From Pseudomonadota bacterium (lineage in GTDB: Bacteria; Myxococcota_A; UBA9042; CAIXZC01), in the NCBI GenBank assembly GCA_043815665.1, contig JBDRIT010000013.1, forward strand, positions 1 through 39,744: a DNA stretch of 39,744 nt, read 5' to 3'. The position numbers and the translations under genes were made by a program. This document shows, piece by piece, positions 18,193-27,073 of the stretch. The notes beneath the pieces are model-generated. The model made no database searches. It worked only from the letters and a program-made list of their open reading frames with translations, and was not told the DNA's origin. Numbering within the stretch: position 1 is the stretch's first letter; each line of letters starts with the position of its first letter.

Positions 18193-19182
18193 CTACCAGA
18201 CGTCGTCGACTTCCTGGATGTCCCCGAGCAGCCCGGCGAGGCGTTTCTTCAGCTGGGTCTCGATCTGGCGGATCCGCTCCCGGGAGACGCCGTAGCGATC
18301 GCCGATGTCCTGGAGGGTCTCCGGGGTGTCGGAGAGGAGTCGGGACCGGAGGATGTCCCGCTCCTTGTCCGAGAGGTCGTCTACCACCTCAGCGAGGCGC
18401 TCGGAGACCTTCTGGAGGATCTCCTCCCGGCCCAGGGACTCCTCCTGGGTGATGTCCGGGTCCGGGAGCATGTCGACGTAGCTCTGTTTCCCGTCGTCCC
18501 CGACGTCCGCGTCGAGGGAGAAGTCACGCTGCGCGAGGTGCATCTCCGCCTCGACCCGGCGCCTCCGCGCGGCCGCGGGGAGGAGGACCACGTCCCCCTC
18601 TCTGATCCCGTCGGCCCCCTCGTCGGAGATGGCCTCGTCCACGGAGTCGTACTCCCCCCCCTCCTTCTCGGTCTGCATCCGAAAGAAGAGCTTGCGCTGT
18701 GCGGCCGCGGTGCCCACCCGCACCATGGACCAGGAGCGGATGATGTAGTTCTGCATGTAGGCCTTGATCCACCAGACCGCGTAGCTGATCAGGCGGTAGC
18801 CCCGCTCCGGCTGGAACTTCTGCACGGCCTTCATCAGGCCGATGTTCCCCTCCTGGATCAGGTCCACGAGCTTCACGTTGTAGTGCTTGTAGCTGTGGGC
18901 CATCTTGACCACGAAGCGGAGGTTCGCCTCCACCAACTGTCGGGCGGCGTCCTTGTCTCCGCCCGTCGAGAAGCGCAGGGCCAGCTCCTGCTCCTCCTCC
19001 CGGGACAGGAGGGGCACCCGACGGATCTCGTCGATGTAGGTGTCCAGGGAGCTGCGGTTGGCAGGCGGCCGGGCCTGCTCCCGCACCGCGGGGTGGGCTG
19101 CGTCCTGTCGCCGCACCGCGGGGAGCTGCCGCTCCGGCGAGGGCGCCTTCAGGGCCTTCCGGGTGGTTCCGTCCTTCGTCAT
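18193..19182 (-). CDS. Sigma-70 family RNA polymerase sigma factor, RpoH (sigma-32)-like
   Basis: 329 aa with region 2 (LVDLIQEGNIGLMKAVQKF), an RpoH-box-like QRKLFFRMQ, and a region 4 HTH (ETLQDIGDRYGVSRERIRQIE). Confidence 0.85.
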   Translation of the reverse strand: MTKDGTTRKALKAPSPERQLPAVRRQDAAHPAVREQARPPANRSSLDTYIDEIRRVPLLSREEEQELALRFSTGGDKDAARQLVEANLRFVVKMAHSYKHYNVKLVDLIQEGNIGLMKAVQKFQPERGYRLISYAVWWIKAYMQNYIIRSWSMVRVGTAAAQRKLFFRMQTEKEGGEYDSVDEAISDEGADGIREGDVVLLPAAARRRRVEAEMHLAQRDFSLDADVGDDGKQSYVDMLPDPDITQEESLGREEILQKVSERLAEVVDDLSDKERDILRSRLLSDTPETLQDIGDRYGVSRERIRQIETQLKKRLAGLLGDIQEVDDVW

Positions 19183-19183
19183 C

Positions 19184-20233
19184 CTACTCCGCAGCCGGAG
19201 GGACTTCGCCGTTCAACATGTGGGTGAGGTACGCGTTCAGGTCCTCGGGGGTCTTGGCGTTCTCCTTCGCCCGCTCCGCCCTGGCCTGCGCCGGGGTCTT
19301 CCCCTGGGCCACGAGGAGCCGGGATGCGTCCACCTCCTGCTGCACCATGGACTGGATCCCCCCCGCGGAGCCCCATCCAACCTGCTTGCGGCCGTTGATC
19401 ACGAAGGAGGGCGTCCCCCGGGCCTCGAGCATCGTCGCGACCCGCATGTTCGCGTCGAACTGGAACCCCAGGGTGTTGTCCCCGAGGTCCTTCCTGAACG
19501 TCTCCATGTCCAGGCCGAGGCTCGCCGCGACCTGCTCGAGGTCCGCGTCCTCCAGGGCCCGGGAGTTCTCGAAGAGCGCGTCGTGGTACTCCCAGAATTT
19601 TCCCTGGCGGAAGGCCGCCATGGAGGCCGTGGCCGCAGCCCGGGCCCGGCGGTGCATGTCCAGGGGGTTGTTCCAGAAGATCCAGCGGACGTCCGGGAAC
19701 TCCGTGAGCAGGGGCTTCAGGCCGTCCGCGGCCCGCTTGCACACCGGGCACTGGAAGTCGGACAGGATGAACACCAGCACCGGCGCGTCCTCGGGGCCCG
19801 TCGCGGGATGCGCGCCGAACTTCGTGACGTAGCTGCCCTCGGGGGGCGGGGGCATCTTCGGGGCTGCGGGGACGGTCGTGGGCTTTGGGGGCGGGCTCGG
19901 AACCGGAACTGGAGCCGATGGCTTCGCCACGGGGGTCGCTGCGATCAGCGCTCTCACCCGCGCCTCAATCTTCTCGGAGGCCTTGGCCTCGACCTTGTCG
20001 GCTACCGCCTCGGCGAGTTTGTCGGTGTCGAACTGCACCACGGGCACCAGGACCTCCCGCTGAATGGTGACCGGCGCCGCCGGTGTCGTGGGGGCCGGCG
20101 CCGTGATCAGGGGCGCCTTCGCCGCGTCGGGGCAGGCCCCGAACTGACCGATCGCGAGTGCGAGCACCGCCACCGCCTCCAATACCACCGCCGCGGCCAA
20201 CAGGTACAAGGCGCTGCTTCTCTTCTCCGCCAT
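19184..20233 (-). CDS. Membrane-anchored DsbA-family thiol:disulfide oxidoreductase (CPVC active site)
   Basis: 349 aa with an N-terminal TM and an Ala/Pro-rich linker. The thioredoxin fold has FQCPVCKR and the conserved GTPSFVINGR. Its stop abuts the sigma-factor start (19182-19184). Confidence 0.7.
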   Translation of the reverse strand: MAEKRSSALYLLAAAVVLEAVAVLALAIGQFGACPDAAKAPLITAPAPTTPAAPVTIQREVLVPVVQFDTDKLAEAVADKVEAKASEKIEARVRALIAATPVAKPSAPVPVPSPPPKPTTVPAAPKMPPPPEGSYVTKFGAHPATGPEDAPVLVFILSDFQCPVCKRAADGLKPLLTEFPDVRWIFWNNPLDMHRRARAAATASMAAFRQGKFWEYHDALFENSRALEDADLEQVAASLGLDMETFRKDLGDNTLGFQFDANMRVATMLEARGTPSFVINGRKQVGWGSAGGIQSMVQQEVDASRLLVAQGKTPAQARAERAKENAKTPEDLNAYLTHMLNGEVPPAAE

Positions 20234-20302
20234 GGAATGCCCCCCGGGTTCCGTCAGCTTTCAAGCGTAGGAAGTATAATCGGATGCCCCGGGGATGCAA
20301 CG

Positions 20303-21916
20303 TCACGACAGCGGCAGGTCCACGTGGAAGGTCGTCCCCTCCCCGGGGCCGCTGGAGACGGAGACCTCGCCCCCGTGCTCCCGGATGATCTGCTGCACCA
20401 GGGTGAGCCCGAGGCCCGTGCCGGCCTCCTTGGTTGTGAAGAAGGGCTCGAAGATCCGGGCCTGGTCTCCTGCGGGGATCCCGGCGCCGTTGTCTCGCAC
20501 CCGGATCCGTGCGCGGCCCTCCTCCTCCCAGGCCTTGATGTGCATCCGGCCCCCGCCCTCGGTCGGCATCTGCGCCAGGGCCTCCAGCGCGTTCTTCACC
20601 AGGTTCATCAGCGCCTGCCTGAGGAGGTTGTTGTCGGCCTGGATGGGGAGCGTCTCCGGGACATCCCAGCTGACCTCAGCCCCCGCGGCCTTGGCCTCCT
20701 CCCGGAAGAAGCTCAGGAGGTCTGCGATCATCGAGGAGAGATCCATGGGCTCCCGCTGGGGGTGGGGGAACTTCGCGAAGCGGAGGTAGTACTCGGTCAC
20801 CTCGGTGAGGCGCTCCACCTCACGGCTCAGGGCCTCGGTGAGGGTCGAGAGCTCCTCGACCCGATCCTCGGAGATCTCCCCGGAGAGATCCGCCACGGAC
20901 TCCTCGAGGATCTCGAGGCGGAGGCCGATCGCGTTGAGGGGGTTGCGGATCTCGTGGGCGATCTGGGTGGACATCTTCCCGATCGCGGAGAGCCGCTCGG
21001 AGCGGAGCAGCTCCTCCGCCTGGCTGCGGATCATCTCCTCGCGCTGGCGCAGCTTCCCCGCCATGCGTCCCAGGTCCAGGGCCAGATCCCCGAGCTCCGT
21101 GCGCGACGGCACCCGGGGCGGCGCGTCGTACTGGCCTTTGGCGATGCGGTTGGCCATCTCCCGCAGGCGTCGGATCGGGCCGAGCCACCGCAGGGCCAGG
21201 AGGGAGAGGAGGACGCTCACCAGCAGGGCCGCGCCCCCCAGCACCGACGCAGCCACCACAGCGGTGCGCTCCCGCCCCTCCACCGCCTCCCAGGTGGCCT
21301 CTGCGGCGTCGGTGTAATCCGCGTGGATCCCGCGCAGGCCGTGGAGCAGAAACTTGAGGGACGCGAGGATCATGTCCCGCCAGAGGACGCTCAGGCGCGT
21401 CTCGCCGCCCTCGGACTCCTCGAGGTATTGGACCACGAGCGCGTCGTAGACCGCACGGTTGGTGTGGCCGGTCATCTCCTCGAGCCAGGCCACCACCGGC
21501 GGGTTGAGGACCCCGGGCTCCCGCTGGAGCTCCAGGAGGAGGTCCTCTCCGTCCTGGAGCGCGTCCACGCGGTCAGCGATCTCGATGAGGGCCTCCCCGT
21601 CGGCCAACGCGTTCCCCACCCGGCGGAGATGCTCGGCGATCTTCTCGACCCGGGGGAAGGGACGGTACGCGGTGAGGGCCTGCCGCACCCAGCCCGGGTC
21701 CTTGTCCCGGCTCCGCTTCAGGGCGGCGTGGTAGGCGGCGGTCTCCCTGGAGAGCTGCTGGAGGTTGGTCCCGGCGGGCAGGAGGTCCCGGCGCATCAGG
21801 GACACCTGCCGGCGCATGCGATCCATGGACACGATCGCGAAGGTGGTGACCGAACCGAGGAGCGCGATGATCAGGACGGAGCCGAGGAGGGAGCGGGTGG
21901 CGAGGGAGAGCCTCAT
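20303..21916 (-). CDS. Sensor histidine kinase (TM sensor, HAMP-like, HisKA, HATPase)
   Basis: 537 aa. The H-box is HEIRNPLNAI. N, G1 and G2 boxes are present (DNGAGIP, GTGLGLTLV). Two TM segments flank a periplasmic-sized region. Confidence 0.85.
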   Translation of the reverse strand: MRLSLATRSLLGSVLIIALLGSVTTFAIVSMDRMRRQVSLMRRDLLPAGTNLQQLSRETAAYHAALKRSRDKDPGWVRQALTAYRPFPRVEKIAEHLRRVGNALADGEALIEIADRVDALQDGEDLLLELQREPGVLNPPVVAWLEEMTGHTNRAVYDALVVQYLEESEGGETRLSVLWRDMILASLKFLLHGLRGIHADYTDAAEATWEAVEGRERTAVVAASVLGGAALLVSVLLSLLALRWLGPIRRLREMANRIAKGQYDAPPRVPSRTELGDLALDLGRMAGKLRQREEMIRSQAEELLRSERLSAIGKMSTQIAHEIRNPLNAIGLRLEILEESVADLSGEISEDRVEELSTLTEALSREVERLTEVTEYYLRFAKFPHPQREPMDLSSMIADLLSFFREEAKAAGAEVSWDVPETLPIQADNNLLRQALMNLVKNALEALAQMPTEGGGRMHIKAWEEEGRARIRVRDNGAGIPAGDQARIFEPFFTTKEAGTGLGLTLVQQIIREHGGEVSVSSGPGEGTTFHVDLPLS

Positions 21917-23445
21917 GCCGGTTCGGAGGCCTCGTCGTCCGGCGCGAGGATCCGGTCGAGGAACAGCTCGACGAGGGGTCCGCTCAGCTTGCCCCCCGCC
22001 GCCTCGTCCCGGAGGATCTCGGCGACCCGCAGGGCCGGGATCGGCCTCCGGTAGGGCCGGTCCTTCGCCGTGAGGGCCTCCGCGATGTCCGCCACCGCGA
22101 GGATCTGCTGCTGGAGCAGGAGCTCCTCACCCTTCAGGCCCCAGGGATAGCCGCTGCCGTCGAGCTTCTCGTGGTGCCCCGCCGCGATCGCAGGGACCCG
22201 ACGAAGCTCCTCGGGCCAGGGGATCGTCGAGAGGAAGGCGTGGGTGTGTACCACGTGGTCGTCCATCTGGCGCCGCTCGGTGGCGGTGAGGTTGCCGCGC
22301 TGGATCAGCAGGTGCTCTGCCTCCTCCGGGGAGAGCGCGTGGAGAGGGACGCCGTCCAGCTCGAGGTTCAGGTCCCTCAGTCCCTGAACCGTCTCGGCCT
22401 CCTCGTCCGAGAGCCAGCCCTTGGTGTTGAGGTCCGCGATCACCGCCCAGCCCCGCTGGAGGGCCTCCGCGACGTCCTCGTCCCTCGCCTCCCGGGCCAG
22501 GAGGCGCAGGAGCGCGAAGCGCAGGCGGACCAGCTCAAGCTGGACATCGGTCAGCCGGGCGGCCTTGCGCAGCACGGCCTCGGGCACCCCGATCTTTCCG
22601 AAGTCATGGAGGAGGGACGCGACGCGGAGCTCCTTGAGCGCGTCGGGGCCCAGCGCGTTCGTGGCGGGGACCTCGCCTCTGGCCCGGTTCCACGCCTGAG
22701 CCAGGGAGATGGCGAAGTCTGTCACCCGCAGGGAGTGGCCGGAGGTCGTGGGGTCCCGAGACTCGATCGCACGCACCGACGCATCCACGAAGCCCTCGAA
22801 GAGGGCCTCCATGTCCGCGATGAGGCGGGCGTTCTCCCAGGCAACCGCGGCCTGGGAGGCCACCGCCTGCGCCAGGGCCTCTCCGGCGGGGTCGAACACC
22901 GTGACGAACTGCTCGAAGTCCTCCGGAGTGTGGAGCTTGCGTTGCCACTGGGTCTTGCGGTTGATCAGCTGCACCACGCCGATGATCCGTCGCCGGTGGT
23001 CGCGCATGGGGACCACCAGCATGGACCGGGTACGGTAGCCCGCCGCGCGGTCGAACTTCGGATCGAAGTGGTAGGGCCGTTCCGGGGGCAGCTTGTAGAC
23101 GTCGGGGACGTTGAGGAGCTCCCCGGTCAGGCCCACGTAGCCTGCGATGAAGGCCTTGGAGAGGGGGAGCTGGATGGAGCGGAAGGGCACCTTCAGCGAG
23201 TCGCATTGGGCGGCCGCGAAGGTGATATCCCGGGGCTTGCCGTCCTTCCGGTTCACCAGGTAGATGCTCCCCGCGTCCGCCTGGGTGAGCTGACGGCAGC
23301 CCCGCAGGAACTTCTCCAGGAGCTTCTCCATGTCGCGCTCTGACGAGAGCGCGATGCCGAGCTCGATGAGGAGCCGCACCCGTTCGTCGCCTGTGAAGAC
23401 GTGGGTCAGCTCACCGGTGATGGTGATCTCGAAGTCGGTGGTCAT
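21913..23445 (-). CDS. GAF domain plus HD-GYP phosphohydrolase (c-di-GMP phosphodiesterase family)
   Basis: Start taken at MTTDFEIT (ATG complement at 23443-23445). The 955 aa ORF 21913-24780 is two genes. The HD motif is LLHDFGKIGVPEAVL and the HD-GYP motif is GHHEKLDGSGYPWGL. ATGA overlaps link it to both neighbours. Confidence 0.8.
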   Translation of the reverse strand: MTTDFEITITGELTHVFTGDERVRLLIELGIALSSERDMEKLLEKFLRGCRQLTQADAGSIYLVNRKDGKPRDITFAAAQCDSLKVPFRSIQLPLSKAFIAGYVGLTGELLNVPDVYKLPPERPYHFDPKFDRAAGYRTRSMLVVPMRDHRRRIIGVVQLINRKTQWQRKLHTPEDFEQFVTVFDPAGEALAQAVASQAAVAWENARLIADMEALFEGFVDASVRAIESRDPTTSGHSLRVTDFAISLAQAWNRARGEVPATNALGPDALKELRVASLLHDFGKIGVPEAVLRKAARLTDVQLELVRLRFALLRLLAREARDEDVAEALQRGWAVIADLNTKGWLSDEEAETVQGLRDLNLELDGVPLHALSPEEAEHLLIQRGNLTATERRQMDDHVVHTHAFLSTIPWPEELRRVPAIAAGHHEKLDGSGYPWGLKGEELLLQQQILAVADIAEALTAKDRPYRRPIPALRVAEILRDEAAGGKLSGPLVELFLDRILAPDDEASEPA

Positions 23446-24563
23446 TTTGCGGGTACGGGGGCCGGGAAGTTGTAGAGGAACCTGCCGTCCTTGTTCTCGA
23501 AGGCCACTGCGGGGTCGTTCTTGGAGAAGGCCTTGGAGAGGCGGTTGAGGACCTCGATGCGGGCCGTGGCGTCGTCGGCCCGCTTGAACGCGTGGGGCCC
23601 CGAGTGCATGTCGAAGACGGGCAGGGCCTCCAGGCGTCTGAAGCGGAGCCGCTTCTTTCCGGTGTTCCAGCGCAGCTGGAGCTTCACCAGGAGCCCCCAG
23701 TCTCCGCTCCCCTTGAGCTCCTTCACGCTCCCCATGTTGCGCGCGCCCCGGAGCGCGAAGTTGCCCAGGCTGTAGAAGATGAGCCCCTCGCCGTAGCGCT
23801 CGATGCCCTGGACCACGTGGGGGTGGTGGCCGATGACGAGGTCCACGCCGAAGTCCTTCACCGCCCGGCGGGCAAGGTTCTTCTGGTAGCCCACGGGCTC
23901 CAGCTCCCGCTCCTTGCCCGCGTGCATGGACAGGATGCGGATGTCGGCGTTGGCCCCCTTCAGGGCCTTCAGCGCGGCGTCGGGCTTGTGGGTGGAGACC
24001 ACGCCGGCGCGCTTGGACGTGGCCTGGGTGCCGATGGACACCGCAGCGAAGGCGATCCGAACCCCCTTGACCTCGAAGATCGCAACGGTCGCCGCCTCGT
24101 CGATGTCCTTGCCCGCGCCCGCGAAGTGGAGGCGCCCCTTGCGGCCGAGCTTCTTCAGCCACTTCTGCGTCTCCTCGATCCCCTCGGCTCCATAGTCCCG
24201 GACGTGGTTGTTGGCGATGGACATGAGGTTGAAGCCCACCTTCAGCAGGAGCTTCACCCCGTTGGGGTGGGTGCGGAAGTTGTACTCCTTCTCCGCGGTG
24301 GGCAGGTCGTTGCGGTCTGTGACCACGGTCTCGAGGTTGCAGAAGTTGATGTCCCCGTCGATGAGCGCTGCGATCTGCGTCGTCATCTTCTCGAACGGGA
24401 CCCGCTTCCCCCAGAGATCCATCCCGTCGGCGTGGACGTCCACCCGGGACCGGTTGAGTCCCACGTCGCCTACGGCGACGAGGGTGAAGTCGATCTCGCT
24501 TGCGTGGACGGGGGCGGCGGCGAAGAGCAGGACCAGCGTGAGTGGGAGGGCCGCGTGGCGCAT
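23442..24563 (-). CDS. CapA/PgsA-family metallophosphoesterase (poly-gamma-glutamate capsule synthesis-like), secreted
   Basis: 373 aa with a signal peptide (MRHAALPLTLVLLFAAAPVHA). Metallophosphatase motifs include LVAVGDVG, GDINFCNLE and GHHPHVVQG. Confidence 0.75.
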   Translation of the reverse strand: MRHAALPLTLVLLFAAAPVHASEIDFTLVAVGDVGLNRSRVDVHADGMDLWGKRVPFEKMTTQIAALIDGDINFCNLETVVTDRNDLPTAEKEYNFRTHPNGVKLLLKVGFNLMSIANNHVRDYGAEGIEETQKWLKKLGRKGRLHFAGAGKDIDEAATVAIFEVKGVRIAFAAVSIGTQATSKRAGVVSTHKPDAALKALKGANADIRILSMHAGKERELEPVGYQKNLARRAVKDFGVDLVIGHHPHVVQGIERYGEGLIFYSLGNFALRGARNMGSVKELKGSGDWGLLVKLQLRWNTGKKRLRFRRLEALPVFDMHSGPHAFKRADDATARIEVLNRLSKAFSKNDPAVAFENKDGRFLYNFPAPVPAK

Positions 24564-24614
24564 GTCTGTTCTCCTGCGGTTTCGGCTGCATCCTAAGGAC
24601 TCCCTCTGGGAGTG

Positions 24615-24659
24615 TCAACCGCACCCGAGGTTGAAACACGCTCGCACCGGTGCTATGTT
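24615..24659 (+). promoter_or_regulatory. Candidate sigma70-type promoter (TTGAAA-17-TATGTT) with an overlapping TCAACC-N8-GGTTGA inverted repeat
   Basis: -35 TTGAAA at 24631-24636 and -10 TATGTT at 24654-24659, 42 nt upstream of the 24701 start. The inverted repeat at 24615-24634 overlaps the -35. The same architecture recurs at 38931-38975. Confidence 0.35.
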
Positions 24660-24700
24660 CAGCCCCCGTGATCCGGCTCACTCCAGGAGGGAGGACGCCA

Positions 24701-25432
24701 ATGGGATGGACAGACTTCATGGCCCGCCGCCGAGAGACAGGGGCCACACGAAAGATCGAGCGGCTCAAGAAGCGGCTCATGGACCCGCATCACCAGACCG
24801 GTGAGCGGAAGCGCTCCATCGCCGAGCTGGACCAGATCGGCAGCGAGGATGCGATCTACGCGCTCCTCGGGCGCTTCACCTACCACACCTCGGGGAGCAT
24901 CGTCGACGAGGACGAGAAGCAGCTCGTCTTCGACGTCCTCCGGCGCAAGGGCGCCGCGGCCATCCCGGCCATCGAGGACTACATCATCAACGAGAAGACG
25001 ATCTACTGGCCCCTGCGGACGCTCTCCGAGCTCGCCGGCACGGAGCGGGCCGTGGAGATCCTCCTCGAAGCCCTCGACTCCATCCCCGACCGCTGGGCGG
25101 AGAGCATGGAGCGGATGAACAGCCTGGTCTCCTCCATGCGCGACTTCCATCACCCCCGGATCCTCGAGCGTCTGATCGAGCTGTCCGGGGACGACTTCGA
25201 GGAGATCCGCTTCCTCTCGGTGGACGGGCTCTTCACCTTCGACGAGCAGACCGCAGTGGACGCGGTCATGGAGCGCCTGGTCCACGCCGAGGAGACCGTA
25301 CGGGTCAAGACCTACATCATCGATCTCCTCCTGGAGCGCGGGTGGAACATCAGGCACTGGAAGAAGCGCCTCGGGGACCACCTGCCGGAGGGATTCTTCA
25401 TCGACGACACCGGCGCAATCCAGCGCCGGTGA
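24701..25432 (+). CDS. Hypothetical protein (alpha-helical, HEAT-like repeats possible)
   Basis: The ORF 24650-25432 is trimmed to MGWTDFMARRRE (ATG at 24701, GGAGGGAGG RBS upstream). No confident family assignment can be made from sequence alone. Confidence 0.5.
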   Translation: MGWTDFMARRRETGATRKIERLKKRLMDPHHQTGERKRSIAELDQIGSEDAIYALLGRFTYHTSGSIVDEDEKQLVFDVLRRKGAAAIPAIEDYIINEKTIYWPLRTLSELAGTERAVEILLEALDSIPDRWAESMERMNSLVSSMRDFHHPRILERLIELSGDDFEEIRFLSVDGLFTFDEQTAVDAVMERLVHAEETVRVKTYIIDLLLERGWNIRHWKKRLGDHLPEGFFIDDTGAIQRR

Positions 25433-25451
25433 TCGGAGTCCAGGAGGGCCC

Positions 25452-25928
25452 ATGGTCCAGCGTCTGCCCATGACCAACGAAGGCTTCCAGAAGCTCAAGG
25501 TCCAGCTCCGCCGCATCCGGGAGGTGGAGCGGCCCCAGAACGTGCGCGACATCGAGATCGCCCGCAGCCACGGGGACCTCTCCGAGAACGCGGAGTACCA
25601 CGCCGCCAAGGAGCGGCAGGCCATGCTCGATGCCCAGATGAAGCAGCTCGAGTCCAAGATCAGCCTCGCCCAGGTCATCGATCCCGCGTCCCTCTCCGGG
25701 GAACGGGTGGTCTTCGGCGCTACGGTGACCCTGGAGAACCTCGAGAGCGACGAGGAGGTCGTCTACCAGATCGTGGGGGACGACGAGGCCGAGCCCAACG
25801 AGGGGCGCATCTCCCTGTCCTCCCCCCTGGCCCGGGCCCTCATCGGCAAGACGGTCGGTGACGAGGTCATGGTCCACGCCCCCGGCGGTGACCGCGGCTA
25901 CGAGATCATGGGCGTCGTCTTCAAGTAG
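25452..25928 (+). CDS. greA: Transcription elongation factor GreA
   Basis: 158 aa. The N-terminal coiled coil has the acidic tip (HGDLSENAEYHAAKE). The C-terminal FKBP-like domain is present (SLSSPLARALIGKTVGDEV). Confidence 0.9.
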   Translation: MVQRLPMTNEGFQKLKVQLRRIREVERPQNVRDIEIARSHGDLSENAEYHAAKERQAMLDAQMKQLESKISLAQVIDPASLSGERVVFGATVTLENLESDEEVVYQIVGDDEAEPNEGRISLSSPLARALIGKTVGDEVMVHAPGGDRGYEIMGVVFK

Positions 25929-25940
25929 GCATCTGTCTTT

Positions 25941-25968
25941 GTGGGAGGGGCGTCCACGCCCCGATTCG
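25941..25968. repeat. Partial copy (one arm) of the REP-like palindrome found at 18124-18176
   Basis: GTGGGAGGGGCGTCCACGCCCCGATTCG equals the reverse complement of 18146-18173. It lies between convergent greA and the TPR gene and forms a GGGG...CCCC hairpin. Confidence 0.5.
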
Positions 25969-25971
25969 CAG

Positions 25972-26892
25972 CTACTCCGTCTTCCCTTTCTCGATCTCGG
26001 CCTTGATCCGCGCCATCTCCTTCTGCCCCACCTCGACGAAGGGCTTCTCGCTCTCCAGGCGGCCGGCGACCTCCACGTAGCGGCCCCAGATGTCCAGGGC
26101 CTTGGCGAGCTCTCCGGCCTCCTCGTAGGCGTAGGCCAGGTTGTAGAGGGCCTCGGGGTAGCGGCTCTTCAGCTCCACGGACCGCTCCAGGGCCTCGATC
26201 TCCTTGGGCAGGTCCCCGAGCTTGTGCCAGGCCAGGGCCAGGTTGTAGCTGGCCTTGTAGAAGGACGGGCGCTTCTCCAGCGCGGCCTCGTAGGCCGCGA
26301 CCTCCTTGCGGATCATGGCCTCCCTGGCGGCGGCCTCCTCGGTCGTCTCGGCCTTCTTGCCGTAGGCGATGCCCAGGTTGTAGTGGATGTCCGGAACGTC
26401 CCGGGTGAGGGTCAGGGCCTTGCTGTAGGTCTCGATGGCCTCGTCCAGGCGCTCCATGCGGGCCAGGAGGATCCCCAGGTTCACCAGCCCGTCCAGGGCC
26501 TCGGGCTCGTGCTCGAGGGTGCGCTGGTACTCCGCGACGGCCTCCTCGTACTGGCCCTCGTCCTCCAGGGCCAGGGCCAGATTGTAGTGGGCCCTGGAGT
26601 ATGTCGGGTCCAGCTCCAGGGCCTTGCGGTAGGCGTCCTTCTCCTTGTCGTACTGCCGCAGCTGGCCGTAGGCCGCGCCGAGGTTGTACCAGGCCTCCTT
26701 GAAGTCGTCCCGCTGCTCGATCGCGGCGCGGTAGAGCCCCACCGCCTCGCGGTATTCGCCCTGGACGAAGAGGTCGTTGGCCTTGCGGAAGTTGTCCTCG
26801 GGGGAGCGCTCCTCCTGCGCGGCCGCGAGGGCCGGTGCGAGGAGCAGCCAGAGGGCCGCCGCGATCCCGAGGTACCGAATGCCTGTGTTCAT
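25972..26892 (-). CDS. Secreted TPR-repeat protein
   Basis: 306 aa with a signal peptide (MNTGIRYLGIAAALWLLLAPALAAA) and multiple TPR units (AWYNLGAAY, AHYNLALAL, IHYNLGIAY, ASYNLALAW, ALYNLAYAY). Confidence 0.7.
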   Translation of the reverse strand: MNTGIRYLGIAAALWLLLAPALAAAQEERSPEDNFRKANDLFVQGEYREAVGLYRAAIEQRDDFKEAWYNLGAAYGQLRQYDKEKDAYRKALELDPTYSRAHYNLALALEDEGQYEEAVAEYQRTLEHEPEALDGLVNLGILLARMERLDEAIETYSKALTLTRDVPDIHYNLGIAYGKKAETTEEAAAREAMIRKEVAAYEAALEKRPSFYKASYNLALAWHKLGDLPKEIEALERSVELKSRYPEALYNLAYAYEEAGELAKALDIWGRYVEVAGRLESEKPFVEVGQKEMARIKAEIEKGKTE

Positions 26893-27005
26893 CGAGGTCC
26901 GTCCCTGCCGTCGACCGCCAGTCTACCAGTCTGTTGAGTTATAGCGGGAGTCCCACCAGGATGTCAACCGACGGCCCCCTCCCCCAGGATCTCGGCACAT
27001 TGGGT

Positions 27006-27033
27006 TTGCACGCGGCGGAGCCGGGTCTATACT
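27006..27033 (+). promoter_or_regulatory. Candidate sigma70-type promoter for relA (TTGCAC-16-TATACT), followed by a 5' UTR hairpin GGACTCC...GGAGTCC at 27039-27069
   Basis: Read directly from the sequence. It is located 40-70 nt upstream of the GTG start at 27074. Confidence 0.35.
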
Positions 27034-27073
27034 GTCCCGGACTCCGCGGCTGCGGGGAGGGGGGAGTCCGAAC

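Noticed and set aside
20234-20302. Forward-strand TATAAT at 20272-20277, and a supposed palindrome GGATGCCCCGGGGATGC
   Set aside because: The flanking genes are both on the minus strand, so a plus-strand -10 has no target. On checking, the palindrome is not self-complementary.
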